In this document: piece by piece, positions 50,988 to 63,967 of the stretch
How positions within the stretch are numbered: the first letter of the stretch is position 1
How the letters are laid out: each line of letters opens with the position of its first letter
NCBI RefSeq assembly: GCF_001194135.2
Contig: NC_068985.1
Span: 115,883,514-115,947,513, forward strand
Reading direction: 5' to 3'
DNA from: Octopus bimaculoides
Lineage: Eukaryota
Length of the DNA stretch: 64,000 nucleotides
Program-made: the position numbers and the translations under genes
The notes under the pieces: model-generated
The model's database searches: none
What the model saw: only the letters and a program-made list of their open reading frames with translations
Told to the model about the DNA's origin: nothing

Positions 50988-52649
50988 GTAAGTAGAACAN
51001 NNNNNNNNNNNNNNNNNNNNNNNNNNNNNNNNNNNNNNNNNNNNNNNNNNNNNNNNNNNNNNNNNNNNNNNNNNNNNNNNNNNNNNNNNNNNNNNNNNNN
51101 NNNNNNNNNNNNNNNNNNNNNNNNNNNNNNNNNNNNNNNNNNNNNNNNNNNNNNNNNNNNNNNNNNNNNNNNNNNNNNNNNNNNNNNNNNNNNNNNNNNN
51201 NNNNNNNNNNNNNNNNNNNNNNNNNNNNNNNNNNNNNNNNNNNNNNNNNNNNNNNNNNNNNNNNNNNNNNNNNNNNNNNNNNNNNNNNNNNNNNNNNNNN
51301 NNNNNNNNNNNNNNNNNNNNNNNNNNNNNNNNNNNNNNNNNNNNNNNNNNNNNNNNNNNNNNNNNNNNNNNNNNNNNNNNNNNNNNNNNNNNNNNNNNNN
51401 NNNNNNNNNNNNNNNNNNNNNNNNNNNNNNNNNNNNNNNNNNNNNNNNNNNNNNNNNNNNNNNNNNNNNNNNNNNNNNNNNNNNNNNNNNNNNNNNNNNN
51501 NNNNNNNNNNNNNNNNNNNNNNNNNNNNNNNNNNNNNNNNNNNNNNNNNNNNNNNNTTATAAACTATAAAGATTAATAATTAATCAAATAATATTAATCA
51601 AAAATAATCGAAAATATATCAACACTATTCCAATCGAAGTTCTAATATTATGTTGAAATGAAACTATAACTTCTAAATAATTTAGTGTTAAATAAGTTAT
51701 CTATTAAAATAATCTATAAAGAACCAAATGAATAGTATAAAAACAAGAATACATATATAATTTGAATTACGGAAAAATTTGGATAAGTACTGTTTTCACT
51801 TTGCTAAATATTTTCTACTATTTGAAAATAATACACATAGTGAGAGCGAGAGATATTGTGTATACGTAGAAACATAAAGAAATGCTCACAGACATAAGCA
51901 GAAACAAAATGAGAGAGAGAGAGAGACAGAGAGAGAAAAAGAAACGAAGACAGAAAGAAGTAGAGAGAGAAAGAGAAAGAAAGACAGAGAGAGAAGACGA
52001 AGGGAGAGAACGAAAGAAATATTAAAATATCTGATGTCAAATAAGTCAATGTGATATCAGTGACGAAGTATGGGCAGTGATAACACAGCGATGCCAAAAC
52101 GTCTCATACCCTTTATTTCCACACACAGGTTAAGCATACTTATATGAATGTGATTGTGTCTAAATGTGCATGTGTATTTATATATGTATTCACATATGAA
52201 GTGACTTATAAATGGGTAGGTATCAGCTTTAAGGAATATTTATATTTGGAATAAATCGAGCTTTATATGTACAACATATAAGACCCACAAGAAATTTATG
52301 CAAAGAATGTATTATCCTCTACAAGTCATTTAAGAGAAAGTTACTACTGTTTTTGCTTCTAAGATGAATATTTTTATCACGTGAAAAGATTAAATTTCCG
52401 TAAGCCCTATTACACTTCTGGTATTCTTTATATTGAACTCCCTCCCAAAATATGCGTGTGAAAAGAGCAAGAATACAGGCGAAGGAATATCGCTGCTTTA
52501 AACTTGGATACATCCAATGTTTTATAAAGCAGATTATATCCTGATATATTCCTGATAAATTCCAGCTTTTACAACCAATCTTCACTCAAGCGTAAATGAA
52601 TGTCATAATATTAATGGAAATGGTAAAAAGAAATGAAAATGATGTTTTA

Positions 52650-53720
52650 GGTGGCTGGTTTTCAAAGAGTGATATCGCTTGGGTATATGTTTTAATTTTT
52701 GCAGCACATTAGATTATGCGATTGGTTCGTAACTTTGTTACATGTAGCAATTCAGTATCAAGTAAACGAGAAAAAGAAATTTCTACTTTAAAGGATAGCG
52801 TATATCTAATACAATCTTATGTCTGCAAAAGCAATCTCTATAAATTGTATAGGTGGATGAGAAAACAAAAAAGAAAAATTTTCTGCATATCTATAAAATG
52901 TTATACATGGATGCATACTCCGAAAACATTGATATTTTGGATAAAGATGTCAGCTTATTGAAGACTACTGCTAACCGTTAATGTGACTTCGTAACTTGAA
53001 AGATTGACTTGTTTCCGTTACAGAGTACTGGGAACTGCTGCCAAAATAGTTTATAAAGAAAGGAGTCAAACATACCATTGAGGCAGTGTGGTATAATAAA
53101 TGTCATTTATGTAAAGTGTAACTCATATTATCAAGAGCTGTTTCGAAATGTCAGCAAAATATTACCTGTCCAAGAGTATAGAAAGTATGATATAAAATAA
53201 ATCCATTGAATTATATATCCAGGTATGTTCAAACGATATTGAAAATAGGAACCATAATAGTTATAATAACGTTAAGTTTTATAACACTGAGTGGTATACA
53301 GACACTACAGAAGATGTGTTTACTTTGTATAATATTTATGGCAAGTCATTTTCGCTGTGACTATCACAATATTTTGAAGTTATATCTATGAAAGTTTTAA
53401 AAGTGCAAGCTAATGAAATAGTCATCGATTATTTCAGTGGTACTGCCTGAAATTATATCATTATATATGAAAACATAGCATTGTGTAATACATATTTTTA
53501 GCTGTTTCTTTAGGTATGATATATGTCGGAGTAAGTCTTTGTGTCAAGACCAGAGCACAACATTGGTGACAGAATGTGAACCGATGAAAAAGCATTTGAC
53601 AACTAAATCAACCATCGTTTCAGAGGCATTGCTACATTTTCATACTAATAGAGAGAAGGAGAATATTGTTAACTTGCAGTGTGTAGTAGAAAATCAAGCG
53701 TCTCCTTTTTCATGGAAAGG
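52650..53720 (+). mobile_element. Very decayed Penelope-like RT/GIY-YIG relic (tentative)
   Basis: NIDILDKDV...KTT (cf. IDFLDxxx...KTT) near 52930 and SIV*YIFL...GMIYVG (GIY-YIG-like) at ~53480-53530. Confidence 0.25.
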
Positions 53721-54239
53721 TTGAATGAAAAATTAATGAGAACAGTAGTTTTTACATCCTGTAAGTTATAAAACGAATGATTGCAACTAAGAAACGCAGG
53801 GCCATATGAATTTCTTATGTGAAGAAGAAATAGTAGGAAATAACAGTGAAAGGTAGAAGAAATGAGGAATGGATTGAAGAGGAGAAGTTGAGAGTGAGTT
53901 AAATGGAAAAGATGAGTTAAGAAAGGAGTTGAAGGATATACTCAACTTGATACGTAACCGTTATAGCCTTATCCAAGCAACTACCAACGTAACTAGGAAA
54001 CTCAGAAGCGAAGGTACTTGCACACATATAGGACACACAAACATACACATGCAGAAACTTACAAACTGTAACATATGCATACATGTATAATAATACGCAT
54101 ATATGCAAGCCAGAATATAACATATTCTTCACTTCCATCATATTCTATATAATCTTATGATTTAAAAATGTTTGATGTGGTATTTATTTCAGAACCACGC
54201 ATGCTTATACTTGAGAAATCACACACATAACACAAACTG

Positions 54240-55300
54240 ACCGGGCAGTCAGCGACCTGATAGCACATTCATTAGATGCACCAAATAGCTAAATTAGAGA
54301 TTTTCTGTTGCTAAAACATACGTAAAAGTTAGAAAACGATGGTCTAACTATATTAGTACTTAGAAATGTAACCACCTAAATAATTGGCTAGGTGTGTGGA
54401 AAAACAGGACGAAAGACTATTTCTTGCAGGTTACACATAGAACAAGCAAGTTCCTGTATTATCTATTTGTATGCTTGAAACATCAACCAAATTGCGTTTC
54501 ATTTATGTGCTACTGACGTAAAGAAACCAAGGACACATTGGATAATATGATCCTTAATATACTAGCTGAAAGCAAAAAAGAAACGGGTGGTTTAACAATC
54601 CCGACTGTATTGTCTATATTCTATAACTACATGATCAATCTAGTTCTCGGTCTAAATACTAAAAATAATTGCAAAAGCTAGCAAGTGGGTCAACATGTCT
54701 ATAAAGAGAAACATAGCTCAGACAACTTAGACCAACATATGTGAACAAAGGATATTAGGACAGCCCAAATCATTTGACAACAAGAAAATCCAAGAAATCC
54801 CAAATTCCGACCATTTATTTTTCTCTAGCCCAGCAGAACTCTCCTTGCCTTCTTCAAAGATATAGAAACGTGAACGTGATAATTAATCATATGGAGATTA
54901 CATTATAGCGCCCACGGGACATAAACAGCACACTAGTACACACTTCAAAATTTTTACTGATGTTCGGCTTTTCATTCTTATGACCATTACGAATATTTCT
55001 TGGCTAACGTATATCTATCATCAGCCTGAAACACAAGCATTTCTCTTCACACTCTTGAAATTACTTCAACCCCTAACAACTAGTAACACTCCAGAAGGAG
55101 TAAATGAGACCCACGTGAATTGAAAAGACTGTTGTATGCATGGATATTCGTGATTACATCAAAAGTAATGATATCCCATTGATAAGCATGAAGTCATCTA
55201 CACACTCACTCCGATCTTTGAACAACGGTCATACTATGTCCACTCACTAACCTTTCTACGTGATAGTTCAATGGTTATTTATATTGCTTGTTAGCAATGT
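54240..55300 (+). mobile_element. Decayed Penelope-like element of the same RT type as 42290-43385 (tentative)
   Basis: AVSDLIAHSL (cf. AQLSDLVGLFIL), ENDGLTIL (cf. YRDDGL), later EVIYTLT...YYV (GIY-YIG-like); followed by the hammerhead foldback. Confidence 0.35.
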
Positions 55301-55419
55301 CTGTAGCACCTCTCTCTACAAAGTGATTTGGAGTGACTATTGTTAAGCTCCAGGTTCGATGATGATACGATTGAGGAGTTCAATGTAAGTCGTATATTAA
55401 CATGCATATATATATATAA

Positions 55420-55695
55420 ATTAACAGAATGAGATAAAAAATCCAAGGCTGTGAAATTTTTTAGAACATTTAAACAGAGAAGGTCTTACAGATGTTTCCG
55501 GGATATTTTTTATATCCCTTCATCAGAGACGTTGCGAGAAAATGTTTAAGTAATAGTTATTATAGAGAAACATTTTCTCGCACCGTCTCTGATGAAGGGA
55601 TATAAAAAATATTCCAGAAACAGCTGTAGGTCCTTCTCTGTATAAATGTCGTGAAAACTTCCACAGTCTTGGATTTTTTTATCTCATTTTATTAA
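55420..55695. repeat. ~275-bp foldback (two ~125-bp inverted arms, 21-nt spacer) with one hammerhead motif per strand
   Basis: Inner arms 55474-55546 and 55568-55641 differ at 6 positions; plus-strand motif 55585-55632, minus-strand motif 55483-55530. Confidence 0.85.
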
Positions 55696-55702
55696 TATAC
55701 GC

Positions 55703-55734
<32 letters not shown>

Positions 55735-55884
55735 NNNNNNNNNNNNNNNNNNNNNNNNNNNNNNNNNNNNNNNNNNNNNNNNNNNNNNNNNNNNNNNNNN
55801 NNNNNNNNNNNNNNNNNNNNNNNNNNNNNNNNNNNNNNNNNNNNNNNNNNNNNNNNNNNNNNNNNNNNNNNNNNNNNNNNNNNN

Positions 55885-55916
<32 letters not shown>

Positions 55917-55988
55917 GTATATGTACATATATATATACATATATATATGTATATATATATATCTATATATATATATATATATATATAG

Positions 55989-56040
<52 letters not shown>

Positions 56041-57505
56041 GTGTAGGGTCATTATGAATTTGTTTTGCAACATTCGTGATGTGAAACCGTGTGTTGGAAC
56101 AGATATTGTTATATTTCGTGATGGCCAGAAGGGATTAAGCGGAGCAGGAAGACACGCGTGGGCAGAAAGGATCGTTGAAGAGTTCATAGACGTGGGACGA
56201 AAGATTTCCGGTCAATGGACTTAATATAAAATACGAACGGTAATAAACGACTGAAAAAACGTATATATAGTAAGTGTTTATTTGGAAGAAAAAATTACCA
56301 TTACGAAATTTAACAATACATATGTGTGTGTGTGTGTGTGTGTGTGTGCGTCTAGATATAACTCTGTGCGTGTGTATTTGTGCATCTGTATTTGTGTGTT
56401 CCTATGTGCTTACACGATTAAAGCAAACGGCAAACATGACGAGAACACTGTCTTCAAATCAGTCCTTTTACGAACCAAACAACCAACCAGACAACCAAAC
56501 AATAAAGCTGCCATCAAGCCAACCAACCAGCCAGCCTGCAAGCCAGTGAGCCAGCCAGACACCTCGCCAGCCAACCAGCCAAATTTTCTATAGAAACTCT
56601 AGTGTCATACCTAATTTTCTCCTTTCTTATCAAAAGAATATTTGAAATATCGTCTGCTTGTCATTCAATGAAATTCAGTTCGCTCTTTAACCACTCAAAA
56701 CAAAGCCACAAGAAACATAAAAGCATCCTTTTTTCCCCGCAAGTGATTAAAATATATACACTTTACACTCATTCAATTGTTTCTCATTCCCTTTGTACGT
56801 TTGTGTAAGCGCGTCTTCGTTGTGTGTGTGTACGTGTGTGTGTGTGTGCTTATGTGTCACTTTGTAGTTGTATGAAACAGTATTCGCCATCATGATTTCG
56901 TTTCTCATATTTGATTTCCATTTTCCACACGACACTCGAACGTTAAGTGTTTTCTATATTTGAATTGTCATTAAGTATCACGTGAGACGGAAATTCAGTT
57001 GGACACATTCTAATTACCTACGACGTTCTCTCTCCCGCTCATTCTCCTATCTATCTATAGTCTCCCAGTCTGTCTGTCTGTCTGTCAGTCTGTCTCTGTC
57101 TCTCTTTCTCTCTCTCTCCACACACATATGTATACATATACATATACACACACATGTATATGTTTATATATATATATATATATATATANNNNNNNNNNNN
57201 NNNNNNNNNNNNNNNNNNNNNNNNNNNNNNNNNNNNNNNNNNNNNNNNNNNNNNNNNNNNNNNNNNNNNNNNNNNNNNNNNNNNNNNNNNNNNNNNNNNN
57301 NNNNNNNNNNNNNNNNNNNNNNNNNNNNNNNNNNNNNNNNNNNNNNNNNNNNNNNNNNNNNNNNNNNNNNNNNNNNNNNNNNNNNNNNNNNNNNNNNNNN
57401 NNNNNNNNNNNNNNCATATATATATATATATATATATGAATATATGTATGTATAAATATATATATTTATTTCTACATCTATAGTATATAGATATATATGT
57501 GTATG

Positions 57506-57542
<37 letters not shown>

Positions 57543-57547
57543 GTATG

Positions 57548-57584
<37 letters not shown>

Positions 57585-57649
57585 GCACAAACACACACAC
57601 ACACGCACACATATATTCTTTTATATATTCCAGAGACAGCCTTCGGTCA

Positions 57650-57990
57650 CGAATGACTATGGGATTGCACCTAGAAAGTTACCCTCCCAGGCACAAGTCC
57701 ACGCAATGTTGTTTATGGAAGACCAGCAGTCGCCCATGCATCCGGGTCTCCCCTCCACGTCACTGATGTTATCCAAGGGAAAGGCAAAGAGGCTGATACA
57801 GCTTGGCACCATTGACGTCGCAACTTGTTTCTACATATGATTGAACTAGAGCAACGGGAAAATAAAGTGTCTTGCTCAAGAACACAACATGCAACCCGGT
57901 CTCGGATTCGAACTCACAACCTCACGGTTGTAAGATCGGCGCTCTACGCTCTAACCACTGAGCCATGAGCCTTCAATGAGCCATGCGCCT
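57650..57990 (-). mobile_element. tRNA-derived SINE family C, full length, with duplicated 5' end
   Basis: Minus strand GGCTCATGGCTCAGTGGTTAGAGCG (A box)...GAGTTCGAATCCGAGACC (B box)...GTTGTGTTCTTGAGCAAGACAC...GGTGCAATCCCATAGTC; TGAGCCATGxGCCTTCA repeated at 57959-57993. Confidence 0.88.
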
Positions 57991-58004
57991 TCAGTATATA
58001 TATA

Positions 58005-58105
58005 TATGGGAGAATTTACGAAAAAAAGAACAACAACAGACGAAGACGGGTGGTGTAAACAATAAAAGGATGTATTAGTTTAACGTTCGGGAAAAGAGAA
58101 AGTGT
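58005..58105. mobile_element. Truncated copy of the repeat at 61130-61270
   Basis: ATGGGAGAATTTACGAAAAAAA...GGTGGTGTAAACAATAAA.GGATGTATTAGTTTAAC shared; cut by (GT)n. Confidence 0.8.
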
Positions 58106-58519
58106 GTGTGTGTGTGTATACGACACACAAACACGCACATTCATGTACAGGAAACGATAAACGAAAACTAAGTTTGACAACAAAAGTTTCAGTTAGTGTT
58201 TGCGTATGGAAAAACCCTTTAATATATCCGCACTTCACTTAAATTTGCTTGGCTGATGAACGTCCTTATACAAACGGATTCAAAAGAACCTAAAAGAAAT
58301 GTATAAATGCCTTCTTTGGGAGAATATTACGACCCCCGAGGGGCAGTTCATCTGAAGGGAATATATAAGCTTGTAGGAAATAGGAATTCATTGATTGGCA
58401 ACTGCACGTGTTAGACAACAGCGTGTACCCTGCAATTTACGTGAGCTTGCGTAGTATTTTCAGGTTAAAAACTGAACCATTTGATGATAATATAAATATT
58501 TATGCACGCAGAGGCCAAG

Positions 58520-58671
58520 TTTCCGAGTTCGTTTTCAAGTCTTAGAAAAAGTGAAGGAGACCTTCGAGAAGTGTCTGAATCTGAGAGCGCAATATGTTGA
58601 ATAAATTCATAATTAACGGATACTGCTTTATTTTCTTTTAACCATATCACGGGCTTTTCAGCACAACATCG
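58520..58671 (+). mobile_element. Mariner 3' end (transposase C-terminus plus TIR)
   Basis: LEKVKETFEKCLNLRAQYVE* (stop 58602-58604; cf. RWEKCIxxxGxYVE*) then GGGCTTTTCAGCACAACATCG|TA. Confidence 0.75.
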
Positions 58672-59007
58672 TATATATGTGTATGTACACATGTGGGCAT
58701 GCATAAACGCATGCATAAGTACATAGATTCAAATAGACCACAAAAATCTACAGCATTTATAGATCAAATTCATATCAGCTCTGCAGTATGGTATCCAGTT
58801 AAGTAAAATATGTGGAGCACCAACCAAAAGAAGTAGACAAAAAACTAAGTTAAAAAAATACACGCAATATAAAGGGAAAATAATAACGATAAATACAATA
58901 CGCAAGCGTAATGTATTTATACTTTTACTAGGTGCGTTTCTAGTTTTATAGCACATATACATATGCGTGGGTGAGTGAGAGTTTGGATGTTCACGTATGT
59001 ATGTATG

Positions 59008-59054
<47 letters not shown>

Positions 59055-59296
59055 ACATATATATATANNNNNNNNNNNNNNNNNNNNNNNNNNNNNNNNN
59101 NNNNNNNNNNNNNNNNNNNNNNNNNNNNNNNNNNNNNNNNNNNNNNNNNNNNNNNNNNNNNNNNNNNNNNNNNNNNNNNNNNNNNNNNNNNNNNNNNNNN
59201 NNNNNNNNNNNNNNNNNNNNNNNNNNNNNNNNNNNNNNNNNNNNNNNNNNNNNNNNATATATATATATATATATACATATATATGTATATATATAA

Positions 59297-59833
59297 GCAG
59301 GTTTGGCACAAACTGTGCGGACACGCGTATCATACCCAAATTTTCAGTGATAATGGATTGAACTGAAGCGTTACTAATCTGCGCATCCTCTGATAACTCA
59401 CGGATGGTGATTCGACGATTTTCCTTCACAGCTGCACGTACATTTGCAATGTTTTTCTCAATTCTGCTGGTAGCGAGTTTCCCCAGAATGTTCGTCAATA
59501 TCAACATTTTTTCGGCTATATCGGAAACGTCTGGGCAACTCGTGCACTTGTGTGCGGCTCATTCACTCCTCTCCATACACTTTCAGCAACTTAGCGTAGG
59601 CCTCTGAGCAGGTATCGCCGTGACAACTTCCTCTGTCATGGTCGATGCGACGATCACACACTACACACCTTCCTTCCAAGCACTGCTGTATACAATGCAA
59701 GTGCGCTAGAATGGTGAAACTTAGTTCTCAGGCGCATCAGTGCTCAAGGTTAATCTTTCCTAAGCGGCTTTACTCTGAACGTTTTAGCGTTGTTACTATA
59801 GCAGCAATCCGGATATTTATTAATCAGAACGCG
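59297..59833 (-). mobile_element. Mariner (irritans-like) 5' half, broken by a microsatellite and gap
   Basis: Minus strand TA|CGCGTTCTGATTAATAAATATCCGGATT TIR; SEAYAKLLKVYGEE*MSRTQVHE...IANVRAAVKENRRITIRELSEDAQISNASVQSIITENLGMIRVSAQFVPNLL. Confidence 0.88.
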
Positions 59834-61101
59834 TATAAACATACAAATATGTACAATAATTGCATGTATATATAAGACAATGTCTGTCTATATTATGACT
59901 CATAAATCTAGATGTGTTGCTACTTTTTCTTGTATAAACAATCTTCAATCTTTCATTTTCACTGGGCTCTTTGCTAAATGGTTGCACAGAAATATTTTCT
60001 TTATACCTTGAAAATAAATATTTCACTCTTTCATGCACCCACGCACGAACGCACATGCGCACACACGTACACAACACACTCACTCACACACATAATACAA
60101 ACATACACACACACACACACACACGCACGCACCATAAGCATTCAATCCCAGGACGATAGAAGATATGAAGTGTCATACTCTAAAAAATAAATAATTTGTT
60201 TGATAAAATGTAGCTTATTCCTATTTACAAACAAACACACACAGACACCCACACATACATATACACACAGAGATACGCACATATGTGGACAGACGCATTC
60301 TACAAAGATACGTACGTGCATTTAGTATACGTACATACAAATAGAACTACACCTATATAACTTAGACCGCCTTATATACGTATACAACTTCCGTTCCCAT
60401 GAGAATAAGAAATTCATAATTTCACATATTGGTAAAAAAAATAATAATAGAAGAATTGAATATATATTTATGTTGAATATATAATAATAAGGAAACAAAA
60501 GAAAAATGCTGCAGATATTGAAGTATAATTTTGTTGTTTAAGTAATATTTCAATTTTCTCGTAGCTTATATATTGAATCTCCCCAGTCGATGCATCGTAA
60601 CCAAGCGATAACGAGGTCTGAGTACACTTGCCTTCAATATTTCATACTCTATCGTGTTACCTAAACAGGAACGGTAATGTGATTATGCTGACGTTGTTTC
60701 AGAGACTTTATATGAATATAATTTAGAGTAAAAAGATAACAAAAACCAATATACCATCGTATTCAATTTATTATTTTCTGATAGTATTTATATACTAAAT
60801 TGTGTCAACAAAACGGTTGTTGCAATAATGTTCTGGTCCTTGGCGCAATTTACCTTTCATATAACAAATGTCATTTCAAATCTCAGACGGGTATACTTAT
60901 ACAGATGCAGTCAATATTGTGTGTTTGTGATAAATAAAACAGTGTCGAAGACCACGTGTTTTCGACATGGAGAATAGCAAAGGTCTGCATATTTAGCAAG
61001 AATGGATATACAAGGTATATTTGTCTCAACGTTATATTAACAAATTTCCCCCCGAAACATGAAACTTTAGCCAAATCACGCTCACATACAAAATTTCTAT
61101 A

Positions 61102-61129
<28 letters not shown>

Positions 61130-61132
<3 letters not shown>

Positions 61133-61270
61133 GGGAGAATTTACGAAAAAAAAAATAACAGACTATGACAGGTGGTGTAAACAATAAATGGATGTATTAG
61201 TTTAACACTCGGTAATAGAGAAAGTGTTTGACATTTCGAGCTACGCTCTTCAACTGAAAGGAACACAGAA
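61130..61270 (-). mobile_element. Penelope pLTR-like repeat with degenerate minimal hammerhead
   Basis: Minus strand 61260-61226: CTTT CAGTTGA A GAGC GTA GCTC GAAA TG TC AAA. Confidence 0.45.
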
Positions 61271-61604
61271 AGAAATAAGGAAACAAGGAGAAACAAATAT
61301 AAATGTAGAGGTCAGTGATGTATCATGGCGAATGCCGATCTATCTATCTATCAATCTGCTTCTCTGACTGTCTATCTATCTGTATGTTTCTCTGTTTATC
61401 CAGCTATCTGCCTGCCTGCCTATGTGTCTTCTTTTTATCTATCTACCTACCTACCTACCTATTAATCTATCTATCAGTCTGTGTATCTCTTTGTCTTTGT
61501 CTGTCTGTCTTTCTTTCTATCTATATATCTTTTTGTCTGACTGGCTGGCTTTGTATGTGTGTGTGTGTGTGTGTGAATGACCGTGAGAGTGCGTGTGTGT
61601 GTGC

Positions 61605-61640
<36 letters not shown>

Positions 61641-62214
61641 GACAGACAGACAGACAGACAGACAGGGACAGAGTTCTTGTCAGCTTACCTGTCTATATAT
61701 CTATTTAGCTAGCTATTTATCTCTCTTCTTCTCTCTCTCTTTCTCTGTCTATCTTTCCATGAGAGTGAATGACAAACAGAGAGACTGACAGATAGATTGA
61801 GAGATTGAGAGATTTGTATACAATTATATGACGTGTTACATAATTGTGTATTATATAATCACATATTAACAGCTGTTTAGAAGTGCGTTGCGTATTGGAG
61901 ATACGATTATGCATTTTATGTAAAAAAAAATCCAACTCCATCCTTACATTTGAATGACACTAATACGCCTTTCGTGGAATTTCCCACCCAGAGAAGATGA
62001 TTTTATTAATGAGGTGGCAGTAGGCGAATATCTTCTTCTAATGTTTCGACAGATACTTGAAGTTATTCTTTATATAAGCAAGCTTTATACTGATGTTTAT
62101 ATTTTGTTGGGCTTTGGTCAGCAAGTGTTAATTCCTATTTGCGTCTATCTGGAAATCAAAGGAAATAACTACTATTGTCTTCAAACTTTGCTTTTGTGAC
62201 CTGGATATCAATGT

Positions 62215-62450
62215 TTTGAAACTGACTTATTTTCCATTACATTTCAGCACTGTATTGCTGAAGCAGAAATATTGTTATAGTAAATATTCTGCTCAGTACT
62301 ACAGATTTGATTGTGAGTTGCTTGACCTTAACCACTTGAGAATTTCTTTTGTAGCCGAAATATGTGCATCTTCGATGATATGGAGGAGTAGTGGGGAAGC
62401 TTCATAGCCATGTGTTGAGAAGAATTCTTTGGGGTTTCAATAAATATAAC
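62215..62450 (+). repeat. Partial second copy of the unclassified 43880-44420 repeat
   Basis: Aligns with the reverse complement of ~44155-44400. Confidence 0.75.
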
Positions 62451-62654
62451 AAAAGCAAAGTTCGAAAGAAATATTAGCCATTTTTCAAACTTTCTAGGGG
62501 TAAGCAAACAGGATACAACAGTAGCTACCGAAGGACAAAATTCCTGTTAGACAGTTTAATTATTAATTAATCTGACATTTGTCCTCTTGTGAATGTTTTA
62601 AAAGACATGACTTGAATCTGGGAATGTTCGTACAGAGGACTGTGCTGATGGAAG

Positions 62655-62960
62655 TCATGTGGCTTAGCAGTTAGGGTAAGTGAGTCGATATTTGAGTTCG
62701 AGTCCTAGCGGCGCGTTGTGTCCTTGACCAAGATACTTTATTCACATAGCTCCGGTTCACTCACACAAGCAAGACTGAGTTGCATCTGTAATACAAAGGG
62801 CCAACCTCGTTAACTTCTGCACCACGTTCAATCTCCCTGAGGACTACGTTAAATGTAACGGGTTTGAGGAGAGTTCATCAAGTTCCACGTTTATTTCCCG
62901 AGCAGGCTGTTCGGTGAATTGGATCATCTGGAAAACTCACCGTCGTAAGTGCCAGTAAAT
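62655..62960 (+). mobile_element. tRNA-derived SINE family D
   Basis: ATGTGGCTTAGCAGTTAGGG (A box)...GAGTTCGAGTCCTAG (B box)...GTTGTGTCCTTGACCAAGATACTTTATT...AATCTCCCTGAGGACTACGTTAA...CGAGCAGGCTGTTC...GTGCCAGTA. Confidence 0.8.
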
Positions 62961-63479
62961 GGAAGATTCAAATATATTAAAACATCTACGCTAAGCTCAC
63001 TTTAATCAAAGATACTTCCTTAATGTTTTAGATCATATCAGGCACATGGATGTCGAAAGATGAATTACAAGTCATGTCTTCGGACGAAATAGAAATAATT
63101 AAGAATACGATGTTCATTTTCATGTTCAATGTAAAATCTACGCAATGCGACAGTAAGATGGATTTGAGAGTAGTCGATTGTACAATAGCAACGTATACAA
63201 TACTAGGTTGTTTCACATAGAGAAATGCCTTCAGAAAAGGATAAGAAGCAAGTTACGATTCTTGCTCCATTAATATATAACATAGCGGACACATTAATTT
63301 AGTAAACGAGAAATTTCTGTTGACGGTTCTCAAGATAATGCGCACGGACACGCCGATACGAACAAGCACGCACACATACACACATATACATAAAACATAT
63401 AGGTATATATGTATAAGCATATATATATACATATATACATATATATACATACAGACATATATATGAGTGCGCACGAACG

Positions 63480-63523
<44 letters not shown>

Positions 63524-63967
63524 ACTTATATGCATATGAATGTATATATAAGCATATTTGTAAACATATTCGTATATAAATGTGTATACGCAAACATCTA
63601 CCCTATACACAGACACACACATAGGTTTCTCACAGCGTCTGTGTCAGCTGTACCAAATAACCAATTGTATAGATCGTCAAACTGTTCAGACAGCCAAATT
63701 TCGTTATTAGCCAGTATAGATTTATAGTCACTGATTACAAACTTCTTTCAGATACTTGCAGTCACCAATACACCTCTGGCAACTTATACATCTTCAATCC
63801 GATTATATACCCACGTTTACCATATTCCACTCACTACAAAATATGGTGCCTTCGTTCGTAATCTAACAAATAATTCAATCATGTTTCCATAAGCGTATTA
63901 GAAAGTAAAAAGAAAAAAATAGCTATATAATTGTTTACATACTTACAGACTCAAGTAACGATGTGTG

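Noticed and set aside
55354-55384. 31-nt plus-strand micro-exon FDDDTIEEFN ending in GTAAGT
   Set aside because: Weak acceptor, lies within a putative PLE relic; similarity to myosin light chain is too short to be meaningful.
55901-56224. 107-aa ORF with protein-like C-terminus
   Set aside because: N-terminus is microsatellite; another frame resembles a decayed LINE 3' end (WPEGIKRSR), so it is probably a retroposon remnant.
57880-57975. tRNA gene
   Set aside because: A and B boxes are present but there is no complete cloverleaf, and it continues into a SINE body; the same holds for the other SINE heads.
9691-59507. Long ORFs in the track that span N-runs (e.g. 13916-15079, 23343-24620, 29398-30432)
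   Set aside because: They are open only because N codons translate as X; flanks are YI/CV/HT dipeptide repeats from microsatellites.
60631-60659. 29-nt minus-strand micro-exon with GC donor (GNTIEYEILK)
   Set aside because: Such signals arise by chance in 64 kb; no supporting context.
63600-63740. Minus-strand open stretch KKFVISDYKSILANNEIWLSEQFDDLYNWLFGT
   Set aside because: No start codon, no acceptable splice acceptor and no recognised homology.
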